Shown here piece by piece: positions 1-10,156 of a stretch of 64,000 bases of DNA. The stretch is from a virus. The stretch's first letter is position 1. Every line of letters begins with the position of its first letter. The notes beneath the pieces are model-generated. The model was not told the origin of the DNA. It did no database searches and worked only from the letters and a program-made list of their open reading frames with translations. The stretch is from the IMG/VR virus record IMGVR_UViG_3300031991_000033; one strand, given 5' to 3'. Both the position numbers and the translations under genes were made by a program.

Positions 1-30
1 AGACTTTAGCCAAGAATAAGGAGATGAGAA

Positions 31-303
31 ATGAGTTTTAACGAGTTGATGGACATGATTCGTGAAGAGCAAGATCGTATTGAACTTGATCTTAATGATG
101 TAAATGAAGCGATTGAAATCTTGGACAATGGAACTGGTTTCCGTTACCTCTGGAAAGAGGGTAAGTACGACACCATCTATAAGCTTGCTGGCAAGTTTAA
201 GATTTTTGTTTCACAAGAGTTTTTGCACGATGTAAGCAATAACTCGATCGAGGATGATTGGCAGCTTGCGAGCACCAGCTTTGACTCAACAAGAGATCAA
301 TGA
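31..303 (+). CDS. hypothetical protein (possibly continues, frameshifted, into 254..463)
   Basis: ATG preceded by AAGGAG; acidic 90-aa ORF; the overlapping ORF 254..463 is in another frame and lacks a clear RBS. Confidence 0.6.
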   Translation: MSFNELMDMIREEQDRIELDLNDVNEAIEILDNGTGFRYLWKEGKYDTIYKLAGKFKIFVSQEFLHDVSNNSIEDDWQLASTSFDSTRDQ

Positions 304-440
304 GTGGAACGAAATGTGGGATATCATCAAAGATTTGGATATCGATGCGATTCGTGAGAAGTGGGCTGTTCGTGGTATGCGAATCGAAGGCTCAGACTTT
401 GATGTGTTTGAGTATTCCACAGACCAAGGTTTGGATATGA

Positions 441-899
441 GTGGATTCAGCCGTTGTGGTTAAGAAGCGTGCAATCATTTTTGACTGGTGGAATACCCTC
501 TGGCATCCCGAACAACGGATGGATTTTGAGGTTCAACAGTTCTTACAATTTTTGCACGATCATCAAAAGGTGTTTTTGGGGATTATCAGTAATACCCCAG
601 AAGACGATGGTGAAGGCGGAAGGTATGTTCGTAGAAAGCTCAAAGAGCTTCAATTGCTGCATATTTTCGAGTTCGTGATTGTCAGTGGCACTATAAAAAT
701 TCACAAACCAAACTCAGAGATTTTCTATATGGCTATGCGGTTTTTACCGTGTGAACCAGAAGAGATTTTGATGGTTGGAGATAGTGAAACTTGTGATGGC
801 GGTTGTCGAGCGGTCGGCATCGACTATTTCAAAGTGGATATGAAGAAAGAGAAATGGGTAGGTCGTTTGAAAATGGAACTCTACCCATTCTTTTTTTAG
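441..899 (+). CDS. HAD-superfamily hydrolase
   Basis: IIFDWWNTL motif I, ISN motif II, KP motif III, MVGDS..CD motif IV. Confidence 0.85.
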   Translation: MDSAVVVKKRAIIFDWWNTLWHPEQRMDFEVQQFLQFLHDHQKVFLGIISNTPEDDGEGGRYVRRKLKELQLLHIFEFVIVSGTIKIHKPNSEIFYMAMRFLPCEPEEILMVGDSETCDGGCRAVGIDYFKVDMKKEKWVGRLKMELYPFFF

Positions 900-1267
900 T
901 CAGCAGAGTTTGGATCAATACCACGGTCTGATTCTGGCGGCACGATTTCATCTCGATCACGAGGGTGTTCTGGTTTCCAACTTCTTGGAGAGCCGGAAGA
1001 TTTGTCTGTTTCGAGCTTGCGAGCTAGACCCTTAAGTTCGCCGTCAGAATTCTCTTCGGCTAGATCGGTCAAAAACCGCATGAATTGTCGGTGGTATTTA
1101 GACATTACAACTTTTGTGACTTCACGTTGCGTGCCTTCGTAGTCGTCACCGACATCGTTGCCGTTGGTATTAAACTTGAACTTGTCGGTTGGGTCTTTAG
1201 GAGAATCGAAGTCTTCTTCCATGACCTTTCTGATCTCTGCCCACTGTCTAAAGTTTAAGATCGCCAT
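896..1267 (-). CDS. hypothetical protein with capsid-targeting-like N-terminus
   Basis: MAILNFRQWAE start; AAGGTG RBS; TAAATA upstream on the minus strand (~1342-1347). Confidence 0.75.
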   Translation of the reverse strand: MAILNFRQWAEIRKVMEEDFDSPKDPTDKFKFNTNGNDVGDDYEGTQREVTKVVMSKYHRQFMRFLTDLAEENSDGELKGLARKLETDKSSGSPRSWKPEHPRDRDEIVPPESDRGIDPNSAD

Positions 1268-1473
1268 AATGTTTCACCTTTACCTTCAAAAATGAAGCCC
1301 GTGAGCATACTTACTAAGTGAGGTAAGCTGCTGCCCTATCGTATTTAGTGCAGCCAGTTCATAAATGTGTCTTCCATCGACACATAAAGTGACGGATATG
1401 TCACATAAAAATGGGCTGTTCCTGAGTATATACACTCAAGTCAGAGCAAGCGATAAATCGAGGAGCAAGAAAT

Positions 1474-3375
1474 ATGCGACGTAAACTAATCAAACAAGAA
1501 GCTTTCGAGCAGATCGCTAATAGCTCGGTAGTCATGGTTGAACATGAACTGGTTGAAGCAGAGCGTATCCTGTTCAGAGCACTTGGTCAGGGTGTCACGC
1601 TACACTCTTTCAACGAGTCTACCGTGCTTTACGAGACCGAAGACGAAACCTACGTACATGCGGGCTATAAGATCGGTAATGGTAAGGTCACTTTCAATAA
1701 CATTGAAGAACTTGTCATCGACGAAGAGTCCAAAGCTGCACGTCGTCGAGAGGTTCTCAGCGAGATGCTTGACAGTGTAATGAAGGAAAAGTCTGAGAAG
1801 GCTAAGGGCTTGTTCTCGGATTACATGGGTCTTTCTACGTTCACCGAAGCCAAGAAGTTTGTAATCAAGGCTAAGGAAGACGCAGAAGGCGGCGACGACT
1901 TCGAAGCCGAAGAGCATGATGACAAAAAGAAGAAGCCTCACCAGCTTCCAGATAAGAAGTCTCTTTTCGAAAAGATGGACGACAAGAAGAAGAAAGACAA
2001 AAAGGAAAAAGACAAGAGCGGTGGTAAGGGTTTGAACTTCGAGAAGGGTAAAGACGCCTTCAAGAAGAAGCTCAAGTCTGCTGGCAAGAAGATCGAAGAA
2101 GCTTATTTGGTCGCCGAAAATGTTCTCGATTATGTCGAGTATATGACAATCGGTCCAGTTCTTGAAGAGTCTGTAATTCAGACTGACAAGAGTGGCGAGT
2201 TGACCGACATTCAAATTCCAACTTCTCGTGTACGCAACGAAGGTAAGATTCTCAACTTCGATTGGAAGATCATGAATCACAAGTGCAAGGTACTGCGTAG
2301 CGGTGCTAAGAGCTTGTGTGAAGATCAAGACTTTGTACGCAGCATTGCCGACCTCAAGGTTCAGAACAATGTTTCTAACGCATCTGGACTTGAAGAAGCT
2401 TTGGATTCCATCGCCGTCAAATGGCCAAATGTGCTTTATCTCACACAGGATGAGCTTGCTCACCTTGTAGGCGAAGCACTTCAGATGGCTGGTGAGCGTA
2501 ACTTTGACGACCGTACCTGCACCTTTATGGCAGAAGGTATTCTTCGTCGAGTTCACGAATCTTACCGTGACAAAGTAAACCAGATCATGCAGCTTGCTAA
2601 CGCTCCTAAGAACGAAAGCAACGCTGATGCTTATGAGCACTTCAAGGCAGTAGTCGAAGACTTCTTCCCATACGTGGATCACAAGACTGGTGTTGAGTTG
2701 AAGGTCTTTGAAGACCTCTATGAATCTCTCGCAGACATTTACAACATGGCAAAGCGTCGTGGTCACGAAGCTCTGCAAGCAGAAACGGCTGGCATGTTGA
2801 ATGACATTGCAGACGTTTTGAATGACGAAGTTCGTCCAGACCTTGAGTTGGCAGAAGAGGTTGCACAATGGCTCACACGATTCGTTGAATCGAATGTGCA
2901 AGGTGCATCTGATTCTTGGAGTGTTTCCAACATGCCTCACCACACTGTAAACGGTGATCACCCACAGATGGCTCGTAACGCACGTGTTCCAGCTATCGCC
3001 GGTACTCACAATGGTGAATGGGGTGATTCTGCACCAATGATCGGTCAGGACAATATGAGCTACAAGGGTAGCAACTCTTCGCAAGCACGTTCAAGTTCTT
3101 GGGGTAACATCGGCGGAAACGACACGTTCCCAACGTTGAAGAACCCTTACATTCCAAAGCCTTTCGGTGATTACACCATGAAGGGCGAGAAAGGTGTGGA
3201 TAAGGACACGTTCGGTCAGCACCACGGCTCATGGCAGTCCGGTGACACTTGGCCAAACTTGAAGAATCCATACGTACCGAAGGAAGATGGCGGCACAGGC
3301 GGTCAGGGCTACAAGATGAAGAATGGCTCTGAAACTGATCTGGTCGTTGACAAAGGTGTAAACACTTCTAAGTAA
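1474..3375 (+). CDS. large head-associated (prohead core-like) protein
   Basis: 633 aa; directly upstream of protease/scaffold/MCP; Lys-rich linker; duplicated C-terminal T(F/W)PxLKNPY(I/V)PK; GAGGAG RBS. Function inferred from position. Confidence 0.65.
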   Translation: MRRKLIKQEAFEQIANSSVVMVEHELVEAERILFRALGQGVTLHSFNESTVLYETEDETYVHAGYKIGNGKVTFNNIEELVIDEESKAARRREVLSEMLDSVMKEKSEKAKGLFSDYMGLSTFTEAKKFVIKAKEDAEGGDDFEAEEHDDKKKKPHQLPDKKSLFEKMDDKKKKDKKEKDKSGGKGLNFEKGKDAFKKKLKSAGKKIEEAYLVAENVLDYVEYMTIGPVLEESVIQTDKSGELTDIQIPTSRVRNEGKILNFDWKIMNHKCKVLRSGAKSLCEDQDFVRSIADLKVQNNVSNASGLEEALDSIAVKWPNVLYLTQDELAHLVGEALQMAGERNFDDRTCTFMAEGILRRVHESYRDKVNQIMQLANAPKNESNADAYEHFKAVVEDFFPYVDHKTGVELKVFEDLYESLADIYNMAKRRGHEALQAETAGMLNDIADVLNDEVRPDLELAEEVAQWLTRFVESNVQGASDSWSVSNMPHHTVNGDHPQMARNARVPAIAGTHNGEWGDSAPMIGQDNMSYKGSNSSQARSSSWGNIGGNDTFPTLKNPYIPKPFGDYTMKGEKGVDKDTFGQHHGSWQSGDTWPNLKNPYVPKEDGGTGGQGYKMKNGSETDLVVDKGVNTSK

Positions 3376-3386
3376 GGGGGAGCTAG

Positions 3387-4055
3387 ATGAATCAACAACA
3401 ACTGTTTATTGATTGTTGTGATGGCTCTGGCTTCCATCTGGAACTAAACGAGTCCACCACTAAAGGTGGACTCGCAAAGTTCCGGGGAAAATTCCAAGAA
3501 GCCGAAGCGATCAATAAGAACAAACGAATGTATCCTTATAGCGTTCTCGATGAGAACGTTAAGAAGTTGGCTGAAGCGATCACTGATCGCAGACTGATTG
3601 GCGAATTGGATCACCCTACAGACAGTATTGTTCACTTTGCGAATGCTTCGCACGTGATCACTAAGTTGTGGTGGGATGGTAACACACTTATGGGTGAAGG
3701 AGAAATCCTATCTACCCCAAGTGGTCGTATCTTGCACGCACTCATCAACGATGGTGTCAAGATCGGTATTAGCTCACGAGGCGTCGGTCAAGGTACTACT
3801 AACGAGGACGGTATCTTGGTTATTGGCGAAGGTTACAAGCTTATCACTTTTGATGCTGTAGCCGACCCATCTACCTACGCTGCGTTCCAAGAACGAGTGA
3901 CGAGCCGACGAAACGAATCGACTGTTGAAAGAAAGCCACTCATTTCTAATAGTTCTTCTGTAAAAAATGAGAGTTGCGGCATAGATACTGTCAGCAAAGA
4001 GGCATTAGTTGCTTGCCTTGGACAGATCATTAAGACACGGGTAGAGCAAGCATAA
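3387..4055 (+). CDS. prohead maturation protease, T4 gp21-like
   Basis: NKNKRMY, GELDHP, GISSRG and ITFDAVADPS motifs of the gp21 family; synteny. Confidence 0.93.
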   Translation: MNQQQLFIDCCDGSGFHLELNESTTKGGLAKFRGKFQEAEAINKNKRMYPYSVLDENVKKLAEAITDRRLIGELDHPTDSIVHFANASHVITKLWWDGNTLMGEGEILSTPSGRILHALINDGVKIGISSRGVGQGTTNEDGILVIGEGYKLITFDAVADPSTYAAFQERVTSRRNESTVERKPLISNSSSVKNESCGIDTVSKEALVACLGQIIKTRVEQA

Positions 4056-4089
4056 GTTTGTACGGAACAAATTAAGGCGAGGTATTAAA

Positions 4090-5025
4090 ATGGACAAACT
4101 GCTCGAAGCACTTAAGAAAACATCTCTTACCGAATCTCAGGTAAACGATGTAGTTAAGGCTGTAGACTCTATGGTTTCCGAGGCAATTAAGCAGGTCGAA
4201 GCCAAGAAGCAAGCCGAGTACGACGCAAAGATCGAAGAAGCCTATGACAAAGTGCAGGCTGAGATTGATGCGACTGAAGCTAAGGCTCTCGAAGGTTACA
4301 AGCAAGCACATGTAATCATTCAGGATCAACAGCTTCGTATCGAAACTCTCGAACGAGAGTACGAAAACAAGATGGAAGAAGGTTATCAGCAGGCATGGGA
4401 AATGTTGCAGGCTGAGCAAGAGAAGAATGAGACCATCGAACTCCACGTTCAGCGTGAAGCCGATGAGAAGCTCAAGGCAATGCGTGACTTCATGGTTGAG
4501 AAGCTCGACCTCTTCTTGCAGATGCAGAAGGCTGAAGTTTACGAGGAAGCTCGTCGTGACATTCTTAATGATCCTAAGATGGTTGAACACCGTGTTGCTA
4601 TCGAAAAGATGGCTGACATCATGTCTGACTACCTCTCGGTCGAAGAAATGGCAGGAACTTCTTCTAAGAAATTGAGCGAAGCTGCTAACTACATTGAAGA
4701 CCTTGAAGGTCGTCTGAAGATTCTTGAGAAGAAGAATATCAATCAGTCGAAGCAACTTCACTCAGTCAACGAAACGCTTCGTCAAAACGAACAACTGGTA
4801 AATGAGGCTCGCTCCTTGTTGACCGAATCCGAAAGAAAAGAACGCAAGAATAGCTCTGGAACTGTAAGTGGGCGTGGTCAAAGGGTAATCACTGAGGCAC
4901 AGGAACAATTGATTCCTGAATTCAGCAATACCAGTAAGAAATCCGAAGGTAAGCTCGTGAACGAGCAACAACACCAGCTTGTTGAAGACATGTTGGTCCT
5001 TTCGGGACTCCAAGAGAGTAAGTAA
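4090..5025 (+). CDS. prohead core scaffold protein, T4 gp22-like
   Basis: acidic coiled-coil protein between protease and MCP; many (L/V/I)xE candidate cleavage sites. Confidence 0.8.
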   Translation: MDKLLEALKKTSLTESQVNDVVKAVDSMVSEAIKQVEAKKQAEYDAKIEEAYDKVQAEIDATEAKALEGYKQAHVIIQDQQLRIETLEREYENKMEEGYQQAWEMLQAEQEKNETIELHVQREADEKLKAMRDFMVEKLDLFLQMQKAEVYEEARRDILNDPKMVEHRVAIEKMADIMSDYLSVEEMAGTSSKKLSEAANYIEDLEGRLKILEKKNINQSKQLHSVNETLRQNEQLVNEARSLLTESERKERKNSSGTVSGRGQRVITEAQEQLIPEFSNTSKKSEGKLVNEQQHQLVEDMLVLSGLQESK

Positions 5026-5061
5026 CACAAAGATTGTAATACCCAATTTGCGAGGTAAAAA

Positions 5062-6528
5062 ATGAATTACAATGCGAAGTTTTTGAACGAAGCTAAAGAG
5101 GTTGAGTCCAAGTGGGCACAGACCAAGCTTCTCGGCGGCATTGGTGATCGCTTTACCCGTTCGGCCACGGCTGTTCTCCTTGAGAACCAGCACCTAGCTA
5201 ACGAGCTTCTTGCAGAAGCCATGACCGACACAGGCGACATCGCTCAGTTTAAGCGTATCAGCATTCCGCTGGTTCGCCGTATCTATCCGCAGTTGATTGC
5301 GAACAAGATCGTTTCCGTGCAGCCGTTGCTCGGTCCAACCGGTCTCGTTTACTACCTGCGTTTCCGTTACAGCAGCAACAAAGGCTCTATGCGTGGTGCC
5401 GATCTTCAGGGTGGATATCCATCTGATGATTCGACCTCGTTGCAGCAGCTTGCTTCCGGTGATGGCAACTTGGATATCTTCTACACCAGCCAGTTCATTC
5501 AGAACGAAACGTCTTCGACGAATCCGGGTGGTGCTAATAGCTGGGTTTCCACTTTTGCACCGCTTGAGCACACTCCGGTTCTTCCGGGTACGCTCACCGG
5601 TACTCTGTATGACGGCACGACTGCTGTTCAGACCTTCGTGGTCAGCAGCAACGGAACCTTCACTTTCACCGACATCGGTACACCAACCATCAAGGCTATC
5701 TCCGCTGGTTCCAGCGTAGACGTTGAGACTGGTGAAGTAACGGTTCAGTGGAACTCTGGTGGTGATCCGGGTGAAAACCACATAGTATGCTCTTACGAGT
5801 ATAACATGGAATGCAACCAAGATTTGCCAGAAGTGAATCTCGTTGTCGAGTCCGAAGAAATTGCTGCTAAGACCCGTAAGCTCAAGGCTGTATGGTCTTA
5901 TGAAGCACAGCAAGACCTTCGCTCTCAGCACAACTTGGACGCTGAAGCAGAGTTGACCGCCGTGCTTGCACAGGAAATCAACTTGGAAATCGACCGTGAA
6001 GTCTTGACCGATTTGCGTAACAACGCTGGTACGGTAGCTGTTTGGGACTTCAACACCGCCTTCGGTGACACCATCAAGGAAAAGTATGAGTCCTTGTATG
6101 TTAAGGTTGTCGAAGTGTCGAACGTCGTTCACCGTAAGACCCTTCGTGGTGGTTGCAACTGGCTTGTAACCTCTCCTGAAGTGGCATCGATCTTCGAAAC
6201 CGCCACGGCTGGTTTCGCACCGGCTCCGTCTGAAACCTTTACCAGCAGCTTGGGTATCCAATACGTTGGTACGGTTAACAACAGATGGCGTCTGTACAAA
6301 GACCCACTGTTCCCACAGGGACAGATTCTTATGGGTTACAAGGGCGACTCTTACATGGATAGTGGATACTTCTACTGCCCATACGTGCCGCTCACACAGA
6401 CTCCAACGGTGCTTGACCCAGAGTCCTTCTGCCCACGTAAGGGTATCCTTACCCGATACGGCAAGAAGCTTCTCCGTGAGGGGGCAAAGTTTTATGCCCG
6501 CATGTCCATCGCCAACTTCATCGTATAA
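5062..6528 (+). CDS. major capsid protein, T4 gp23-like
   Basis: LLENQ, LVRRxxPxLIA..VQPL.GPTG, AKTRKLKAVWS.EAQQDL, EINLEIDRE, YCPYVPL and GILTRYG motifs; biased codon usage. Confidence 0.97.
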   Translation: MNYNAKFLNEAKEVESKWAQTKLLGGIGDRFTRSATAVLLENQHLANELLAEAMTDTGDIAQFKRISIPLVRRIYPQLIANKIVSVQPLLGPTGLVYYLRFRYSSNKGSMRGADLQGGYPSDDSTSLQQLASGDGNLDIFYTSQFIQNETSSTNPGGANSWVSTFAPLEHTPVLPGTLTGTLYDGTTAVQTFVVSSNGTFTFTDIGTPTIKAISAGSSVDVETGEVTVQWNSGGDPGENHIVCSYEYNMECNQDLPEVNLVVESEEIAAKTRKLKAVWSYEAQQDLRSQHNLDAEAELTAVLAQEINLEIDREVLTDLRNNAGTVAVWDFNTAFGDTIKEKYESLYVKVVEVSNVVHRKTLRGGCNWLVTSPEVASIFETATAGFAPAPSETFTSSLGIQYVGTVNNRWRLYKDPLFPQGQILMGYKGDSYMDSGYFYCPYVPLTQTPTVLDPESFCPRKGILTRYGKKLLREGAKFYARMSIANFIV

Positions 6529-6570
6529 CGATGATTGGCTGCGACAAGCAGCATGAACCAAGAAACAACG

Positions 6571-6603
6571 AACCCCGGTCAGAAATGACCGGGGTTTTTT
6601 GTT
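6571..6603 (+). terminator. rho-independent terminator after MCP
   Basis: aaccccggtca-gaaa-tgaccggggtt followed by a T-run. Confidence 0.92.
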
Positions 6604-6647
6604 GTCTTACTCTCTTATACTTGCAAGTGGATTTACAAGGAGAAGAT

Positions 6648-7064
6648 ATGGATCATCAACAACCGATGCCGCTCAAAGACCTACCCGAATATCTAAGGCA
6701 AGCAAGAGAAAACGGCGATACCTCGTCGCCACTCGTTGGTATGGGTCAAATCATTGTGCCAGAAGAGCCTTCATTCTGGTCTGGAATCAACAAAACCGCT
6801 TTAGCTCTTTTAGCATCTTTCGTTTTGTGTATCGGACTCGTAACTTATGATACAATGTCCAAAGAAAGCCTGACAGTCATTGTTGATGTTGCGAATCCAT
6901 CACAAGTTGTTCCGCAAGCTGTATCCGACAGCGGAGGTACAATTACCGCTGTTAGACAAATCAACGATTCAACCTACGAAGTCAAGATCAGCACACGAAA
7001 AGATAAGAAGTCGTTCTTAGAAGAACTACGACGAAGAATGAATATCAAAGGTTACAGCGATTAA
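6648..7064 (+). CDS. membrane-anchored hypothetical protein
   Basis: ATG after AAGGAG; one hydrophobic segment (TALALLASFVLCIGLVTY). Confidence 0.7.
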   Translation: MDHQQPMPLKDLPEYLRQARENGDTSSPLVGMGQIIVPEEPSFWSGINKTALALLASFVLCIGLVTYDTMSKESLTVIVDVANPSQVVPQAVSDSGGTITAVRQINDSTYEVKISTRKDKKSFLEELRRRMNIKGYSD

Positions 7065-7073
7065 GGACGAGAA

Positions 7074-7925
7074 ATGAAAGTATTCTACGATGGTCGACAG
7101 ACTGTTGAAAAGAATAACAGTCCTTCTCCTAGTGCCGGAAAGCCAGCACTAGCAGTAAAGTCTTGGCAAGAAAAAGTTCCAGTTGAAATCATGCCAGTCG
7201 AACCTGTTACACCGGAACAACTTGCTTTGGTGCATGATCCGAATTACGTCAAAGGTGTTCTCGAATGCACTATTGAAAACGGATTTGAAAACAAGTCCAA
7301 AGAAGTTGCAGACTCTTTACTTTGGACGAACGGAAGTTTTGTGAGTGCCGCCCGCCACGCCGCAAAATACAAAGATTGGACTGTCAGCCCAACCAGCGGG
7401 TTTCATCACGCAACGTATGCTCAAGCGATGGGTTTTTGTACCTTCAATGGTTTGGTACTTGCTGCCGTCCTTTTGAAGCAAGAGGGCTTGGTCGAGCGTG
7501 TTGGTATTGCAGACATTGATATGCATTACGGTAACGGCACCGACCATATTATTCAGACGCTCAAGCTCGACTACATCACTCACTTTACATTCGGAAGATA
7601 CAGGATGTGGGGTCAAGATTTCATCAACAAGCTTCCGGGTATCATGGATGTGTTGTTTGAACAAAACCTAGACATCCTGTTCTATCAAGCTGGTGCCGAT
7701 CCTCATGAGGATGATCCTTATGGTGGTGCTCTTACAACGGAGCAATTGAAAGAGCGTGATCGGATTGTCTTCACCAAAGCGAAAGCAAAAGGTGTTCCTG
7801 TGGTCTGGAACCTTGCTGGTGGTTATCAGCCAGACATCTCAAAAGTCCTTGAGATTCACGACAATACAGCACTAATGCACATAGAAATTTTTGAAAAGCT
7901 TGCAGGTCAAGCAGATGTTGTGTAA
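7074..7925 (+). CDS. histone deacetylase / AcuC-family Zn-dependent deacetylase
   Basis: GFHHA, GFCTFN, DIDMHYGNGT, YQAGADP..DD and LAGGY motifs. Confidence 0.93.
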   Translation: MKVFYDGRQTVEKNNSPSPSAGKPALAVKSWQEKVPVEIMPVEPVTPEQLALVHDPNYVKGVLECTIENGFENKSKEVADSLLWTNGSFVSAARHAAKYKDWTVSPTSGFHHATYAQAMGFCTFNGLVLAAVLLKQEGLVERVGIADIDMHYGNGTDHIIQTLKLDYITHFTFGRYRMWGQDFINKLPGIMDVLFEQNLDILFYQAGADPHEDDPYGGALTTEQLKERDRIVFTKAKAKGVPVVWNLAGGYQPDISKVLEIHDNTALMHIEIFEKLAGQADVV

Positions 7926-7970
7926 CCTAGTGTCGTACTGATTTCTTCTTTAAGTCGCAAAGGTTCCAAA

Positions 7971-8786
7971 ATGCAATACGATCACATCGTCGTCGATTCC
8001 TACAATATGGCTTACCGCCAATGGTGGAATGCCAAAGACCTGATGCACAACGGCATCCACACCGGACTTGAGTTCGGATTCATCAAGAAGATCATGAGTT
8101 ACCTCAAGACAGACGGCGATAAGCTGATCTTGGCTTGGGATGGTCGTCCAACTCGATGCACTTCGCTTGTCGAAGGGTACAAGTCTGGAAGGGTCAAGGT
8201 GAACGGCGAAGAACCCGATTGGACGGTTCGTCTGACACGTTTGCGATCAATCTTTACCGAGCTTTGTCACACACTCTATGACGAAAATGAAGAAGCGGAC
8301 GAACAGATTGCAAAGTTTGTGTTGTCCAATAAGCACAAGCGAATTCTGATCGTCAGCAATGACAAAGACTTCCAACAGCTTATCTCATCTACTGTTCACG
8401 TTGAAACCAGTGGCGTTTTGATGGACGGTGCGACTTGCCAAGAAAAGTGGCAAGTTCCTCCTTATAAAATCGCCTTGTACAAAGCGTTGGATGGTGATAA
8501 GTCTGACAACATTCAGGGAGTTCCTCGTCTTTTAACCAAGACAAAGATCAAACTGGTCAACAAGGCTGAGACAATTGATGATCTTGTGTCACACTTCACG
8601 GATGCTGATCTGACCGATAAAGAACGTGAGAAGTTGGCGATCTACAAGGATCAGGTTGTCATGAACTATCAAATTGTCAACTTACTCGCCCTCGAAGGTG
8701 CTTACGACCTTTCGATTCCTACGGGGAACAAGATTCCTTTGAGAGAGATTGTTGAGGAACTCAACTTCTCAAGTATTGCTGTTTAA
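7971..8786 (+). CDS. 5'-3' exonuclease (flap endonuclease / T4 RNase H-like)
   Basis: VVDSYN, AWDG, YKSGR, EADE, SNDKDFQQL and GDKSDNIQGVP motifs. Confidence 0.9.
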   Translation: MQYDHIVVDSYNMAYRQWWNAKDLMHNGIHTGLEFGFIKKIMSYLKTDGDKLILAWDGRPTRCTSLVEGYKSGRVKVNGEEPDWTVRLTRLRSIFTELCHTLYDENEEADEQIAKFVLSNKHKRILIVSNDKDFQQLISSTVHVETSGVLMDGATCQEKWQVPPYKIALYKALDGDKSDNIQGVPRLLTKTKIKLVNKAETIDDLVSHFTDADLTDKEREKLAIYKDQVVMNYQIVNLLALEGAYDLSIPTGNKIPLREIVEELNFSSIAV

Positions 8787-8800
8787 GCCATGTTTTGAGC

Positions 8801-8832
8801 AAAAGCCCCGGTGATGAGCCGGGGCTTTTTTG
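8801..8832 (+). terminator. rho-independent (possibly bidirectional) terminator
   Basis: aaaagccccgg-tgatgag-ccggggctttt plus T-run. Confidence 0.88.
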
Positions 8833-8901
8833 TTTACTACACTACATAATAACGTAACGGGTAACACTCAGTTATGTTACACAGCTTCAAAGGAGCACAC
8901 T

Positions 8902-9081
8902 ATGACCGTAAATCAAGCAGACATGAACGAGCTACGCCGCATCTACACGAATACGTACAATGCAGATAAGGCTTGTTTTAACCGTATCATTCAAGGTATC
9001 GTATCTCTCAACAACGAAGTTCGTTTGTTGAAGTTGGAGAACATGAAGTTACGTGAAGAATTGAACGAGCAAAAGAAATAA
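8902..9081 (+). CDS. small coiled-coil hypothetical protein
   Basis: AAGGAG RBS before ATG 8902. Confidence 0.65.
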   Translation: MTVNQADMNELRRIYTNTYNADKACFNRIIQGIVSLNNEVRLLKLENMKLREELNEQKK

Positions 9082-9132
9082 ATCTGTGGTTAATAGATAC
9101 TCCTGACAGTGAATTCTATAAGGAGGTAACGA

Positions 9133-9588
9133 ATGGAATCACAGGACACTACAAAAATGGAAATGCCCGATCTTCGCAAGATTGCGAAAGAGAGCGGCAT
9201 GGTTTCGGACATTCCCGAAGCTTTTCTTTGTGACAGTCGGAGTTGTCGCAAAGAGCAAGACACGATCTGGGCACTTTCTGGTTTCCCCACGAGCACTGAT
9301 CGAATCAATGATTTGATCAAGAAACGTGTTGATTCAGTCTACGCCAAGAAACAACGCATCAAAGAGCTTGAAAAAGAGCTTGAGATGGAAACCGTTGTTA
9401 CAGAAGATTTATTGACTGCTCTTGGCTATGACGAGATCACTTGGAAAGAAGGTGATGGTAGCAAGTATAGCAAGGGCGATCATTTGTACGCCGTGCGATA
9501 CAATGAAGATGGCGAACGTTATTCCGGTCACTATTGGGGCGGAAAGTACGAAGGTCACGCTTACACTCTGGGTCGAAATTACAACTGA
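9133..9588 (+). CDS. hypothetical protein
   Basis: AGGAGG RBS; TAGATA upstream; followed by a terminator. Confidence 0.75.
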   Translation: MESQDTTKMEMPDLRKIAKESGMVSDIPEAFLCDSRSCRKEQDTIWALSGFPTSTDRINDLIKKRVDSVYAKKQRIKELEKELEMETVVTEDLLTALGYDEITWKEGDGSKYSKGDHLYAVRYNEDGERYSGHYWGGKYEGHAYTLGRNYN

Positions 9589-9591
9589 GTT

Positions 9592-9632
9592 AAAAGACAG
9601 CATAGGTAGTAGTTGCCTATGCTGTCTTTTTG
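9592..9632 (+). terminator. rho-independent terminator
   Basis: aaaagacagcatagg...cctatgctgtctttt. Confidence 0.85.
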
Positions 9633-9700
9633 TTGTTTAAGAGCTTTGGACATTTCTTTGTGATTAGCAATCCCTAACTATTCTCAAGGGGGAGCTTAAA

Positions 9701-10153
9701 ATGTCTGAACAAACACATAATGAGGGATCGCCTTGGTTCTGGAAGATTTTTGGTGGTGCGATTGTTGGTGCCATTACGTTTTTATTGGTTGCACATATCA
9801 CCAACATTAACGCAAACATCGAACGTTCAAAATCAGAGGTAAAACTCGACGTTCGTGAACTTCGAGTGATCACAGAAGCAAACCGTGATAAGATCACGGA
9901 TTTGGAAAGATTAAGGGATCAAATCGCTGCCGTAACCGGTGATTTGAAAGAGGTTTCTGTTTCGTTCGACGAACGTAAACAGAAGATTGCCGCTCTTGAG
10001 GTTTCACTTGAACACCAAAGAACGGAGATCGAGAATATGAAGTTGTTGCATACAAAATTGACCGAGCAACTTCAAGAATTGAAAGAAAAATTGATTGTCG
10101 CCGAAACAAAAACTCCTACGGCTCCGGTTGAAGGAGAAAAGAAGAAGGAATAA
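9701..10153 (+). CDS. protein with N-terminal TM segment and coiled coil (possibly lysis-related)
   Basis: WFWKIFGGAIVGAITFLLVA TM segment then heptad repeats. Confidence 0.65.
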   Translation: MSEQTHNEGSPWFWKIFGGAIVGAITFLLVAHITNINANIERSKSEVKLDVRELRVITEANRDKITDLERLRDQIAAVTGDLKEVSVSFDERKQKIAALEVSLEHQRTEIENMKLLHTKLTEQLQELKEKLIVAETKTPTAPVEGEKKKE

Positions 10154-10156
10154 CCG

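Noticed and set aside
1600-6561. Long minus-strand ORFs (1600..3084, 4072..4761, 5194..6561)
   Set aside because: They are antisense shadows of strongly codon-biased head genes, with no motifs or RBS.
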